Assembly (NCBI RefSeq): GCF_040938485.1
Contig: NW_027270890.1
Location: 2,976,001-3,040,000, forward strand
Direction of reading: 5' to 3'
From: Diadema antillarum
Taxonomy: Eukaryota
DNA: 64,000 nucleotides
The notes beneath the pieces are model-generated. The model made no database searches. It saw only the letters and a list, made by a program, of their open reading frames with translations, and was not told where the DNA came from. Positions 36,301 to 48,300 of this stretch are shown piece by piece. Both the position numbers and the translations under genes were made by a program. Numbering within the stretch: position 1 is the first letter of the stretch; each line of letters starts with the position of its first letter.

Positions 36301-39300
36301 TATGGAAATTCTGATAAGTATAGCACAACAGAACTGATCACCAGTCGCTCGTAAGTCGTTCGTAACTTTACGAACAGCTTTATGAAACAGGGCCCGGGAA
36401 TATTGCAAAGCGCATTTTCAATGCAAGCTTGTGCACAAGTATGAAATATACATTGGAAAGAAAATGTACCAGTTACACATGTTAAATAATTTCACTTGAC
36501 TCTGTTGCAAAGAACAATTGTTCTTGTTACCTGAGAATGAGAATTCTTCCACAAAGGGGTCTTCTACAGGATTGTATGATGGAAGGAGAAATAAGATGGA
36601 GCAGAGAGATGGTAAAAACATCATGAAAAAGGCATGGGTGGGACTAAGGAAATCTGGACTACAAAATGGCAGGAGAACATGAAAGGTTTGCACATGTAAT
36701 GAGCTTCACTGTCTACATGTCATCTTTGATAATCATGAATATGCATGAAGCAGTTTGATGAATAATTTCTGATATGCCAATGTTAGCCTTATATCTGCAT
36801 TTTACATTTGCAATGGAAAATCTATCTAAATGATATGCAATTGTACAAAGAGTAATTTAGCAATTTGATTGAAGGCTAAACTGATTCAAAACAAAATACT
36901 AAATGACATACAGACTGTCAAATTTATCTTTCAGGGTCTTGGTTGTATGAAATGTATGTTTGAAGTTATTTTACAATCACACACACACTGCTCATAGAGC
37001 ATTTCATATTATCAAGTGTAAAACTAAAATCTGTGTGATTGTATAGTATTGTCTCTAAAAATGAGTAAGATCCACAAATACACCTTGATACCTAACTGAG
37101 CATCTTTAAAAAATTGGAAACAGCAGACATGAAGATGGCACAATATGGTAATACAGTGGCACTTTACGAGGCATTGGGTTTGAAAGATCAAACTTTCATT
37201 CACCAGTGAAAAGCAATAGGGCTAAAGACTGATGTACATTTAGTAGCTGGGGTGACAAGACCTCGTATCTGAAATTTTGGTGAAAGTGACTTTTTTGGAT
37301 TAATGGTCAGATAATCAGTTAAGTGATGTCCTGTCCAAATCCTAGCTGTAATACCCCCAAAATGAAGCCACCACAGCACGTCAAAGGAAAGGCTATCCCA
37401 CTTGATATAGTGCTTTGGCTGCCATGTTTTTGTGCTCTCCTGAACATTTGACATTTTGTAGATACGAGGTCTTGTCGCCCCAGCGACGATTTGTAATTAC
37501 CTGAGGAGCTAAATGAATTCGCCAGCTCTGAGTCTATGATAATGGATTGATGATGCGCAGGGATCAGATCAAGGGTCACACATGGTGGGTCAAAGGTCAA
37601 TGTAGAAGGTCAAAGGGGGAAGTGAAGGGAGTAGTATGGAGCCAAATGATGAACAGAAGTTTGCCAAAAAAAATCATAGATATAAAAACAGAGTAAAGAA
37701 ATAAAAGTGCATTTAAAAGGGTAAGATACACGATATATGTGAAAATAAATCAATAGAAGGTAAAAGGGTAAAAACATAATAAAATTAATGATAGAAAACA
37801 ATATTAACTTTAACTGAAGAAAACTCATGCATCATACCGTGAGCAGTACGGTATGGGAGTGTGCTTTTTGTTAAGCCTTTGTTTTCTCATGATCTTTGGA
37901 ACTTGTCTGCCAAAACTTTACAAACCAAACTTTCATGAACATCAAAGTGAGAGATGCGAGTTTCTTCACTTTGTCTCCCTCTACAAATTAAATTTGTTAA
38001 GATCGCAACTGCTGATCTGTAAATCATCTTTTTTTCTTTCTTTCAACATCAAAGTGTTTGCAAAATTCTTATTTTAGAGAAAACAGCAGCTTCTGCACAC
38101 AAGATAAGACACAAAGAGTAAAATAATAACCAAGAAATTATAGACAATGTAATATGCAAACAGTAGCTTGTGTCTGAGGGATGTTGGCTTTGTCAATGAT
38201 GTTCAAATCTTTCTTCTTTTTATTGATACAAAAACCTGCTTAAATATCAAAATATTCTACAGGAAAAAAGCCATTGGCTTTGCTGCACTTTCAAAACATG
38301 CATGTCAACTGCAAGGATAACAATATTGATATTAAAGGACGGACAGAAAATTGGCAATCACAAGGTTTAGGGACATTGTCCTTTGACTCAGGACGCTTTT
38401 TTGGTTTGTCATTTGATTGGTATGTATGACAATTTCTAGGGACACTTTTGGAGTTTAAAAGTTGTTTAAAAATTTTTCAGTTGACAGCAAAATTTAATCC
38501 AAAATAATCTGAACATTGCATGCCAACAGTCATCCCAAGCACACCGAATGATAAATAGATATTATGCAAAACAAATTGGAAAGGAAACAAAAAGGAAATA
38601 AAAGAATACATATACATATGAAACAGAAAAGAATAATGGCAAAATGATTAGAAATAAGAATGCTTTCATTTATTTTGAGGGTGGCTACAGGTGTGTAAAT
38701 GCTTTCTGGAAGGGAGACTGATAGCTCATGAATACTGCCCAGTTTGGAAGATGAATACGTGGGCAGAAATTGGGAAAAGCTGCAGGGTTTAATTTCAGGG
38801 TAGAACAGCATTTTATGATGATGCACTTTGCTGAGTTTCTCATTTGCTTGGGATGTTCACTTCTTGTTTGCAGGAAATCTCGAGAAACAAGAACATAGTA
38901 CTGATTGCAATTTGTGAGAAATTGATTATCTACATGTCAGCTAAAGAGGTACCCTGTACATTCCTCTTTGTGCAGTAACACAAAAAGAAGAACCACTTTT
39001 CCTCTTTGGGAAAGGTAAAAAAAAGTGTTTAGCCCATAAGGAAAGCTGATGTAATTCAAAAATTTGACCAGAGACACTACTGCAAAAGGAAGAAAGTTAG
39101 CAAAATCATAGAAATACACGCAGAAGGGAAACTGAATGGTTTCTACTGGCTACATCACAGCAAGGAAATAATAATACAAAAAGTGAATATGTGCATGGAT
39201 TGAGCAAAAGAGTGTGGCTTGGGTGTGAAAACAATGGATATCTTGAATTTTTTGGAAGGATCTTTAATAGTCAAAGATGGTAGGCCTACTGTGGAGAAAT

Positions 39301-42300
39301 GGAAAACATTGTGATTGTAAAATGATTTCAGATAGTTATAAGTCACATATCTTCAATCAAATTCAGACAAAAAGGAAATAAGATGGAATGAATGCTGGGT
39401 TGGAATGTTTTCACCACTCACCAGCTCGACTGGGGGAGATGACCCGCCCGTTGGGGTCGTACCAGACTGGAGTCGGTGCCTCTGGGCCGGTGCTCTCACA
39501 TAGGAAACTCACGCTGTCACCAACAGAGGGCGTCAGCTCTTGGTCAGGTGTGATGGTGACGTTGTATGGGATGAACTCTGAAGAAAATCATGAGAAAATC
39601 AAATGCATTTCAGCTTTCCAAAAAGTTGCATGTTAACCCATTGAGGACGGGTCCCTAGTAAACTCAAGCAAGTGTTTATGGGAAATGTGTGTTGTAGCAA
39701 AATCAGCCCGTCCTCAACGGGTTAACAAGCAAATGTTAAAGCCTTGAATAATCATCAAGAAATCTACAACAATCAAATGAAAGATTCTTGCATCGAGTTG
39801 TTTTTACTGTGTCTGATTGACAAATTACTCTTCAAACAGATGCAATAAATTCTGCATCAATCACATTATAAAATATTTAGCATGACAAGACCACATACTG
39901 TTTATGGTCCCGTGTGTTTCACTTTATTGGTATGATCAGTATTAATGAAACAAATTGCCACTTGTTAGTAATTCCATATATTCACATTGCTAACTTCACT
40001 CAAGGAGAAACATACTTCGTTATATCATGAACTCCACCTCAACATTCTGACAAGAAACTTTAATGTGAATTCACATTAACAATGGGTTACTAGAGATATC
40101 AATTGTGGTGCTTGCTTCTATCTTTAGTGAATAATAGTCCGGCTATCAAATCAATTCCACCCATAACTCTTTATGTGCCATGGTGGAAACCCCCTGTGTG
40201 CCACGTTATTCTGAGACACGAAGGTAGTCATGCTTTGAGAAAGAATTCTGTTTTTCCAATTTGTATAACTTCTACAAATTTCTGTTAAGCTGGACATAAT
40301 AATGAGCAAAGTTAGAGGAATGCCAAACTTTGCTTCCATATACAATGTATAACTATTCTATTTCCAATTTTTCTTTTGATTTACCAGTTGCTATATTACT
40401 ATAAAGGCATGACATTTGCACATAGAAGAGTGACAGAAATTTAGAATGTACACGCATATCTAGTTGGGAACACCGCTTGATAGTCAATCACCACATAGAA
40501 TGCAAGCCGTATGTGAGAGGAACAAAAGCGCGAGAAACGCTTTGATTGTACCGCGGGATTAGCGATTTATCGATCGGTTATGGCGGCTTTGTTTGCTGAG
40601 CAGAATATGCGAAGTTGGCACGCCGTCGACTGAGCCGGACGTGCAAAGAGATAAGAGTGGTGACTGTTTCATAGCTGTGATAAAAAAATAAATTCTAATC
40701 TACAACAGAATACACCAATAAAACTAGACTTGGGTATATAAACCCCTACTAATGTCTTCTTTTCCCCACACTGGTAAGGTTACAGAATGAAGGATGAACA
40801 GAAATTCATGTCTCACCTTCTACTTCACAGAAATCTCCCTGGAAGCCCTTTGTGCACACACACTGGCTGCGGACACAGTTACCGCCATTTTGACAAGGCT
40901 GTGCACAAGTTGGTGCTGTAGACATGGAAAGTGAGTTTATCAAGTTTGTATGGTTAATGAAAAGCAAATATTCAAATGTACACGTAACTACACAATATCC
41001 TGAAGAATAGAATAATCTGAAATGTGTGTCTGCACTGCACAATGCCAATTGAGATTTGGCATAATCTCTTTTGAATGAATAAATGAAGAGTTTGTTCGCA
41101 AAAACCGATAAGTCCATATTCGGCAAATGGAGATATTTGCGATCAAAGGTCAAGAAAAATAAGGAGAACAATAAGAAAAATTTTGCTTATTTTGACCATA
41201 ACTTCAAAAATGTATCTTTATATGTAGTGACCAATATATCATCTAAAAGGTATTATTTTGTACTTTTTGACAGAGACAGCACTTCAAAATCTTTAAAAAT
41301 GGACTTATCGGTTTTTGCAAACAAACTCTTCAAATATTGAACAGTAAGCTGCTCAACACATTACGTCCCTTCTGCTTGAAAATTACAAACACAACAAGCC
41401 TTTTGGAAGAAACATCTGTATTGTTAACTGTTATTTTTCATGGTTATACAAACAACAGGAAACACAACATACTCTTTTAATTTTTTGGACAAAGATATTG
41501 AGCTAAATGTCATTACCTACATGACCACATTTCAAGTTCATTCAAAAAGAACAAGTTTTATGTCCATCATTGCAACAATATTGCAGGGAATTATGGAATC
41601 ACTTCAAGAAAGACTATCTTTCACAATTTAAAATTCTTCAGTCAATCTACACTTATAAACAATTCTTATGATGATGAGTTTGATAAGTTTGAATATGCCA
41701 AGAAATTTTGGAAATCTTCTTCTACACACTGTACAATGGGGGAAGCTCTACAATTCAAGTCTTACCATTTACTACCTTGTGTCAATCACAATGGTTCAGC
41801 ACAAATGTCATTCATTGGTGATGAATATCAACAACAAAACAAGACTGAATTTGCAAGTGACCACCATTTAGAAAGTGACCAAACATCCATTGTCCAAGAC
41901 TTACGTGGGATGTTGAGTGTGTAGAGACTGGTCAGTGGGCCAGCCGTGCAGGCCAGGTCTCCGGCCAGATCTTGGCTCACACTGTCAATGACCAGCCGGG
42001 TGACCAGGGGTGAGACACTGACAGCATGTACTGGGGGTGGGGACGGATCTGAAGGGGAGGGAGAGGAGATAAGTTGAGATGAAATCATGGCAGTGCATAG
42101 ATCAAGAATCACGGATACTAACCACAGTATCTTCTTTTTGAAATGATTCTGTTGGTAAAATGAGCTAGCATAACATATCCTATAAGCTAAACTGAGTCAT
42201 ACATGCATACAGAATTTTTTAAATTCTAGCATTCCAAAGTTTTGCAAGTATATTTTGGAACAAAAAAGCTCTTAAACTACAAACTTGTTGAAGATGGAAG

Positions 42301-45300
42301 TAGACAGTTTAATCATCTGATCAGATTCACGAGGATAACATGCATTCTGTTTCCAATCTCACCTAGAGCATCAATTATTCCAAAATTTTGCACGTACATG
42401 TTGGAACAAAAAAGCTCTCAAGCTAACTTGTTGAAGATGGAAGTAGATGGTTTCATCATCTGATCAGGGATCCATTTCATAAAAAGTTGATATGATAGCA
42501 ACTCTTGCTGGAATGGCAATTTTCATGGTAATGAGAAGAATCCGGCTTCCTGATTGGCTGCTGCTGTGGGAAGTTGCCATTCCACAAAGAGTTGCTATCC
42601 TACAATTGTAACATCTTTTATGAAATGGGGCCCAGGTGAATGAGGATAACATGCAATCGGTTTCCAATCTCACCTAGAGCATCGACGACGGGTACGACCT
42701 GTCCAGTGGGGCCGTGCCATTGTGGGTTGGTGTACAGCGGGTTGGGACTGAGCTCACACAGGAAACTGACCCCCTCCCCAATCTGCGGGTCGTGGTCAAG
42801 CGACGACGTGATGGTGATGTTGACCAGGATACCGTCCGGACCGACGGGCACCTCGCAAGTGCGGCCGGCAAAGCCAAGCGGACAAAGGCAGGCTCCGTTA
42901 TCACAGGTTCCTCCATTAGTGCAGGGGTTCTCACATTCTCCACCTTACAGTGCATGGGTAACAAAAAAACAGATGTGTAGGAATAGGCAAAAAAAAAAAT
43001 TCTAGATAGTTATGGATAGATGATATAAATCATGCCTGTATGAATGTCTTCAGAACTGGGTCTACCCTGCCGGAATTGAATCCCCATAGATCAGATGTTT
43101 AACCCGCTGAGGATGGGCTGATTTTACTACAACAAGCATTTCCCAGAGACACCTGCCCAAGTATAATCGGGACTCGTCGTCAACGGGTTAAGAAAAACTC
43201 TCTTCCGATCATCAAGCTGCTACAATGTCATAGTTATTGAAAACCACGCTTGAAATAGATGGTGTATAACACAGCATTTTATGACACAAGAATCACAATG
43301 GTAAGGTCGGCAATTTATACATTTACAAAAATAAACTTCTGGACAAGTTGTACGATATCTATGAGCCAAAAACCTCCTGAAAATACAATGAAGATGAAAG
43401 TTGTACCTACTCCCGAACGCAGACACAATGAAGAATATACTGAGACCGAAGTACAGTACCATGGTGTAATTTTTTATCCAGTGTCACACGTTCCAGCTCA
43501 ATCATCACATCCGAGCTGCCTTGCTTGCCACATGTGTAACATAGTCTTGATTCACACCCTTACAGCACAATGTAAAGTTCACAGACACAACAATACTCTG
43601 CCTTAAAAAGTAGAAAGCATAATTTGTATCTCATCTCCATCTTTCCCACAGTTCCTATCTTGAAGGTCAATTAACCCATAGATTCTGATTGACGTATCAG
43701 ATTTCCTTCTGACTTAATGTATGGTAAACCAAATTCCTACAAGCAATCTGTTAAGGGATAAAAGATGGCAATCCACTCACTCCTTGGGATGATGTCGAAG
43801 GAGGAGATGATGGGTCCGACCTGGCAGGTGTACTGTCCAGCATCTTCCACGGTCAGTTTGGAGATGGTCAGTCGGTTGGTCCGGCGAGTGACCCGAGTGT
43901 TCAGGTGTCTTGTACCACCTTGGAAGGGTAAAGGATATTGAGAGATAGAAAGGAAATGTCCATGATTTGTTCAAACCTCTGCTCAAATATCTGTTTGAGT
44001 TTCCAAATTACATGAACATTCACATATTTTGCGGAAATACAAAAGGTAACTGCATGTTATTGTCACATGAAGATCAAGACTTTTTATCCCTAATCTACTG
44101 TAAAACCACAAATTTTGAGTACATTTTAATTTTGCGAATTTTGTGAGAGCTAAGATTTGAGAAATTAAAATGCATGTGGAAGTTCTTGTCTACTATATGC
44201 ATTGATTGTCATAACATACAGAATCATAACAAAATTTTTCCACAAAAAAGGAAAACTTCAGGTCTCCAAATCATTTTCTGTATATCTTTATGTTCCCTTA
44301 TTTGTTCAGCTTTAAAAAAAAGACAATTGCAGGTCACAAGGAGTTTGTTATGACGAAAGTGGGCTATACTACCAAAAATTATTTCTTGAAGAGTTGATTA
44401 GGCAGATAACTCTTATTCTTTACAGAAAAAATAATACTACACTTGTGATAAGTATTGTGACACTGTTGATGACTTCAAGAGGAAAATGAAAAATGCACAT
44501 TTGGATTACTAGCTTTCTTAGAGAATGAACATGCTGCAGCTGTAGGAACTTATGTAATATACCGTTAGATTGTGTATTGGGTTATAAACATTAATTGTGA
44601 CCACCTTGACCACCTATGAGTGGATACAGTCCATGTTATGAATGTCTGTATTATTATCACTATCCTTTGAATGTCACAAACACTCATGTTCTTTTGAACT
44701 GACATTTCTACAATGCACCAGTATGATGGCACCTATTGTAAAAAATAACAAAGTGTAATTTGCTGTTTTCGGTAGTTCCTTATAATTTATCATGGTACTT
44801 TGCGTGTGTACTGTGGTTGACATAGTGTAGATAGCTATCTCAGTTACACTGTAGCAGAAGTGTTGTTTATATCAATAGCTATTTCTCAACATATCAAAAA
44901 CAAAATACAACTTGTATTCAGATCAGGGACGTGTTAAACAAAAATAAATATGTAACATAGAATTAAAAAAAAATTATATGAATATCAAATAGTAGCTTTG
45001 AGTGATGGTTATAAAACTGACCCCGTCCAGCTGGTCGGATGACCTGTCCATTTGGTCCACGCCATACTGGGTTCTCCTGATTATTATTGCCACGGATCTC
45101 GCAGAGAATCTTTGTGACCTCGTCCAGCAGGAACTCTGGATTCCGCTGAACTCTGATGCGCAGCTGGTAGTTTTCAGTGACTGAGAGGTCATACACACAA
45201 AATGTGAAAGTTAAATTGGATTGAAGGTATTCCAAGATGTGTACAGGTAATGTACCATCATAATATGGCTTAGCCAAGCACCAGACAGTGGTCAGATGTA

Positions 45301-48300
45301 AAGGATTGTGTGAGGGTGGATAATTTGTACCATTTTTCACTGACTTTTTGTATAAACAAACAAACAAACAAACTTTACACAAAGTGGGGGACAGAAAAAA
45401 TACTAATGTTTCTGTCAGGAATGTCAACTTTCTGTATGCATACAAATGTGTAAAACATCCATGAATTCATGTTGTATGCCTGTGGGGCATTCATTGTCAC
45501 TTTACACCACTGCTAGAAGCCATCAGAATTTCCTTGTCTTTCATATTGTAACATATGTGGCATTCCATACTCTACATGGACATCTGTACTGCTGAAGCAT
45601 GGAGATTCAGCGAGCACATGGATGAAAAGCTCACTCGAAACCATCAAACATTACATCTTGGTCCACTTTTGTAGTTTGTCTTACGGATGTTTTGACAGAA
45701 TCCTCCCACGAAGTCTCCAACACACTGGCAGGTTCCCTCCACACAGGTGCCTCCATTAGCACAGGGTACCGTGCACTCTTGCCCTGAAGGTCCAAGGCAA
45801 AATATGAAATATAATTTCTTTCTATTACAATTGCTAACAGAGCACAGGCAAATATATCAAACTTGCAGTAATTTTTGGAACAGACTTATACAATTCTGTT
45901 CCGCATTGTAAGGGATCATGTGGGCCTATAAGGCTAATCATTACACTGCATGGTCACACAAATGAATGACAGTAATTCTCATACAAAGTAACATATTGTC
46001 CTTTAGAGAGAAACTAAAGAAAAGGTGTCATGATACATCCCATTCCATTCTATGCATATGTCAATTGCACATAGAAGTAGCAAGTAAAAAGGACTGCTAT
46101 ATGACAATGAAGAATAGGCAGAAAGTTGCTAACCAGACTATGCTTACATGCAAGGCTTAACATAAGCAGAGGCACGATAGCCTGAGGCAACCAGAAATAA
46201 ATGTTGGGCCACCACTTTTACGAAAAGATACGTTTTGGTGTCCCGATCAGGCCGCTGAGAGAAAGCTGAAGAGAGAGAGAGGAATAATCAGAGGATTCAA
46301 AGTTGGACTGCTTCTTCTTTCCCTCATACCTGAGACTGACAGGAGATAGTCTGCCCTGTTCATGCCAACCACACAGCTGTAGCGGCCAGCATCGCCCGAC
46401 TCGGCCGAGGTGATGGTCAGTGCAGTCTCGGTGTTGGACTGGACATCAGAGAAGATACGCTGACCAGCTGGAAAGTAAACAGAAGTTGAGCCCTAAATGA
46501 GATGATAATGGGCTACATAGGCATGCATTAACCCATTGAGGATGGACTAATTTTGCTACTACACGCATTTCCCATAGACACTTGCCCGAGTATACTCGGG
46601 ACTCGTCCTAAAAGGGTTAAGCAGAGTGATCACAAATCCATATAGGTGTGTGTTTTACCCCAATAGGCTCAGCCATCAAAAGAAATTGAAAATCATGAAT
46701 GCAGACAGATTTGAAAATAAGAACAAAATGTTTTGAGTAGTCTCAGTCAGCTGTACAGCAACATTTTAAACAATTAGAATATATCATCTACATGCCACTA
46801 GTAGAAGGAAAGGAATGATATAATACCTGCACAAACGGTACATGGTATGTGACCTCAAATATAATTGACAGCATGCATGCAATTACTATTCATGAGTCTT
46901 TCAAAAATCAAAAATACACAAAAACACAGGGGAATATTATGAGAATGTGACAAAGACATTTCATTAGATGCACAAACTCTACCATTGCTATTTTAAGATA
47001 CATATCCTTGAAATAAAGAATACATATTATATCTTATCATGAAAGCCATATCATGCCAAGAAAAAAGAATCTTTAGCAGATCTGAATTCATTAGACACTA
47101 AGCAATAAAATGATTTATGATTTGCCCTTCAAGACTACAAAAAATATATGTACATAAAAAACAATTAAAAGTTTACTGTTATGGATGCATATATCAGCAT
47201 TTTTCTTTCATTTATGATCTCCAACTTTATATGAGTATCATGTATCGTACCTCAAATATTTACTCAGTATGCATATTACACCTAGTGTTTCATATCTCAT
47301 ATCAACACTGTCTGTATCCCACTTACTCTGAATACCAGCAATGGGTTGATTGTCAGGACCAAGCCAAGTTGGGATGCCCTCCCCGCTCCTTGACACTCGG
47401 CAGATGAGGGTCAGATCGTCGCCAATTTCAGGAGTCTCTCTCGGTGGGCCCTGGATCTCTATGGAGAATGGCCTCCTCACTAGAGGGCGCACCATAAAAT
47501 GGAAGAAATGCTACAAATGATAACAATTGCAACTTTAGTGGGGAAAAAATCATTTCAAGCACAAGATTTTATGCTGTTTGTCTAAGTTTTGTCAATTTCC
47601 GTCCTTCTTTGCCCTGTGTCTCTTTCTTTTCCCTATGTCTAATTCTTTTTTATCTCCATATTTTCCCTCTTTTAGTGTGCATAGAAGGAAATATATTCTT
47701 GTGATATGTGCTGTACAAAAACAGTTTATATATATTGTTTTTACAAAAGACAAAAGCAAACATGAGGAGGGCAACTCTGCCATTTCATGCTATCAACTTG
47801 ATGTTTGTACTTCTGTACACTTGGCTAACTAGTGTCAAGAAAGCCCGGATATGAAACCAGAAAACAGGTGAATGCTGCACCTATTCGTGAATACCAGGTA
47901 ACTGTGTAAAGATTACACATATCTCATCTGTTTACCAAGTACAATGCACAGTCCCCTGGTGAGTTTACATTGATTGATCTTAGACAATAGAATGTGTATG
48001 TTTATAAAACAAACAACAGTCACACCAGTAGCACTTAGTTCTTGAGGGAATGTACTCATATAGAGAACAGGTTCTGCCTTTTTACACTACAAGTTCCACT
48101 CTAATACCAGTCCAATTATGATGATTCAATCATTAACTTTCAAATTTTCTTTATCTGTTACAATCTCTCATGACAGTACATGAGAATAGAGTGAAATTAT
48201 AGATACAATAGACACATGAGAGTAAGAAGGTATAATCTAGACAGGATCTACAACTTAACTCTTAATGTGCCAGGCCCAAAACCCCTAACGTGCCAGAGGT

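Noticed and set aside
37587-37599. Perfect DR1 nuclear-receptor motif GGGTCAAAGGTCA (similar run at ~63166-63186)
   Set aside because: Short motif with no conservation or binding evidence; it also coincides with the pyrimidine/branch-point zone of the microexon.
38953-39288. Two further phase 1-1 candidate exons in the Ig9 intron (38953-39003, 39178-39288)
   Set aside because: Weak donors (GTACCT; TTT|GTATTA) and peptide composition typical of AT-rich intron.
46140-46265. Strong-looking acceptor 64 nt after the Ig6-C donor
   Set aside because: No good donor gives a 3n exon (34, 44 or 118 nt), and the 33-nt option from the next AG contains TGA; no support as an exon.
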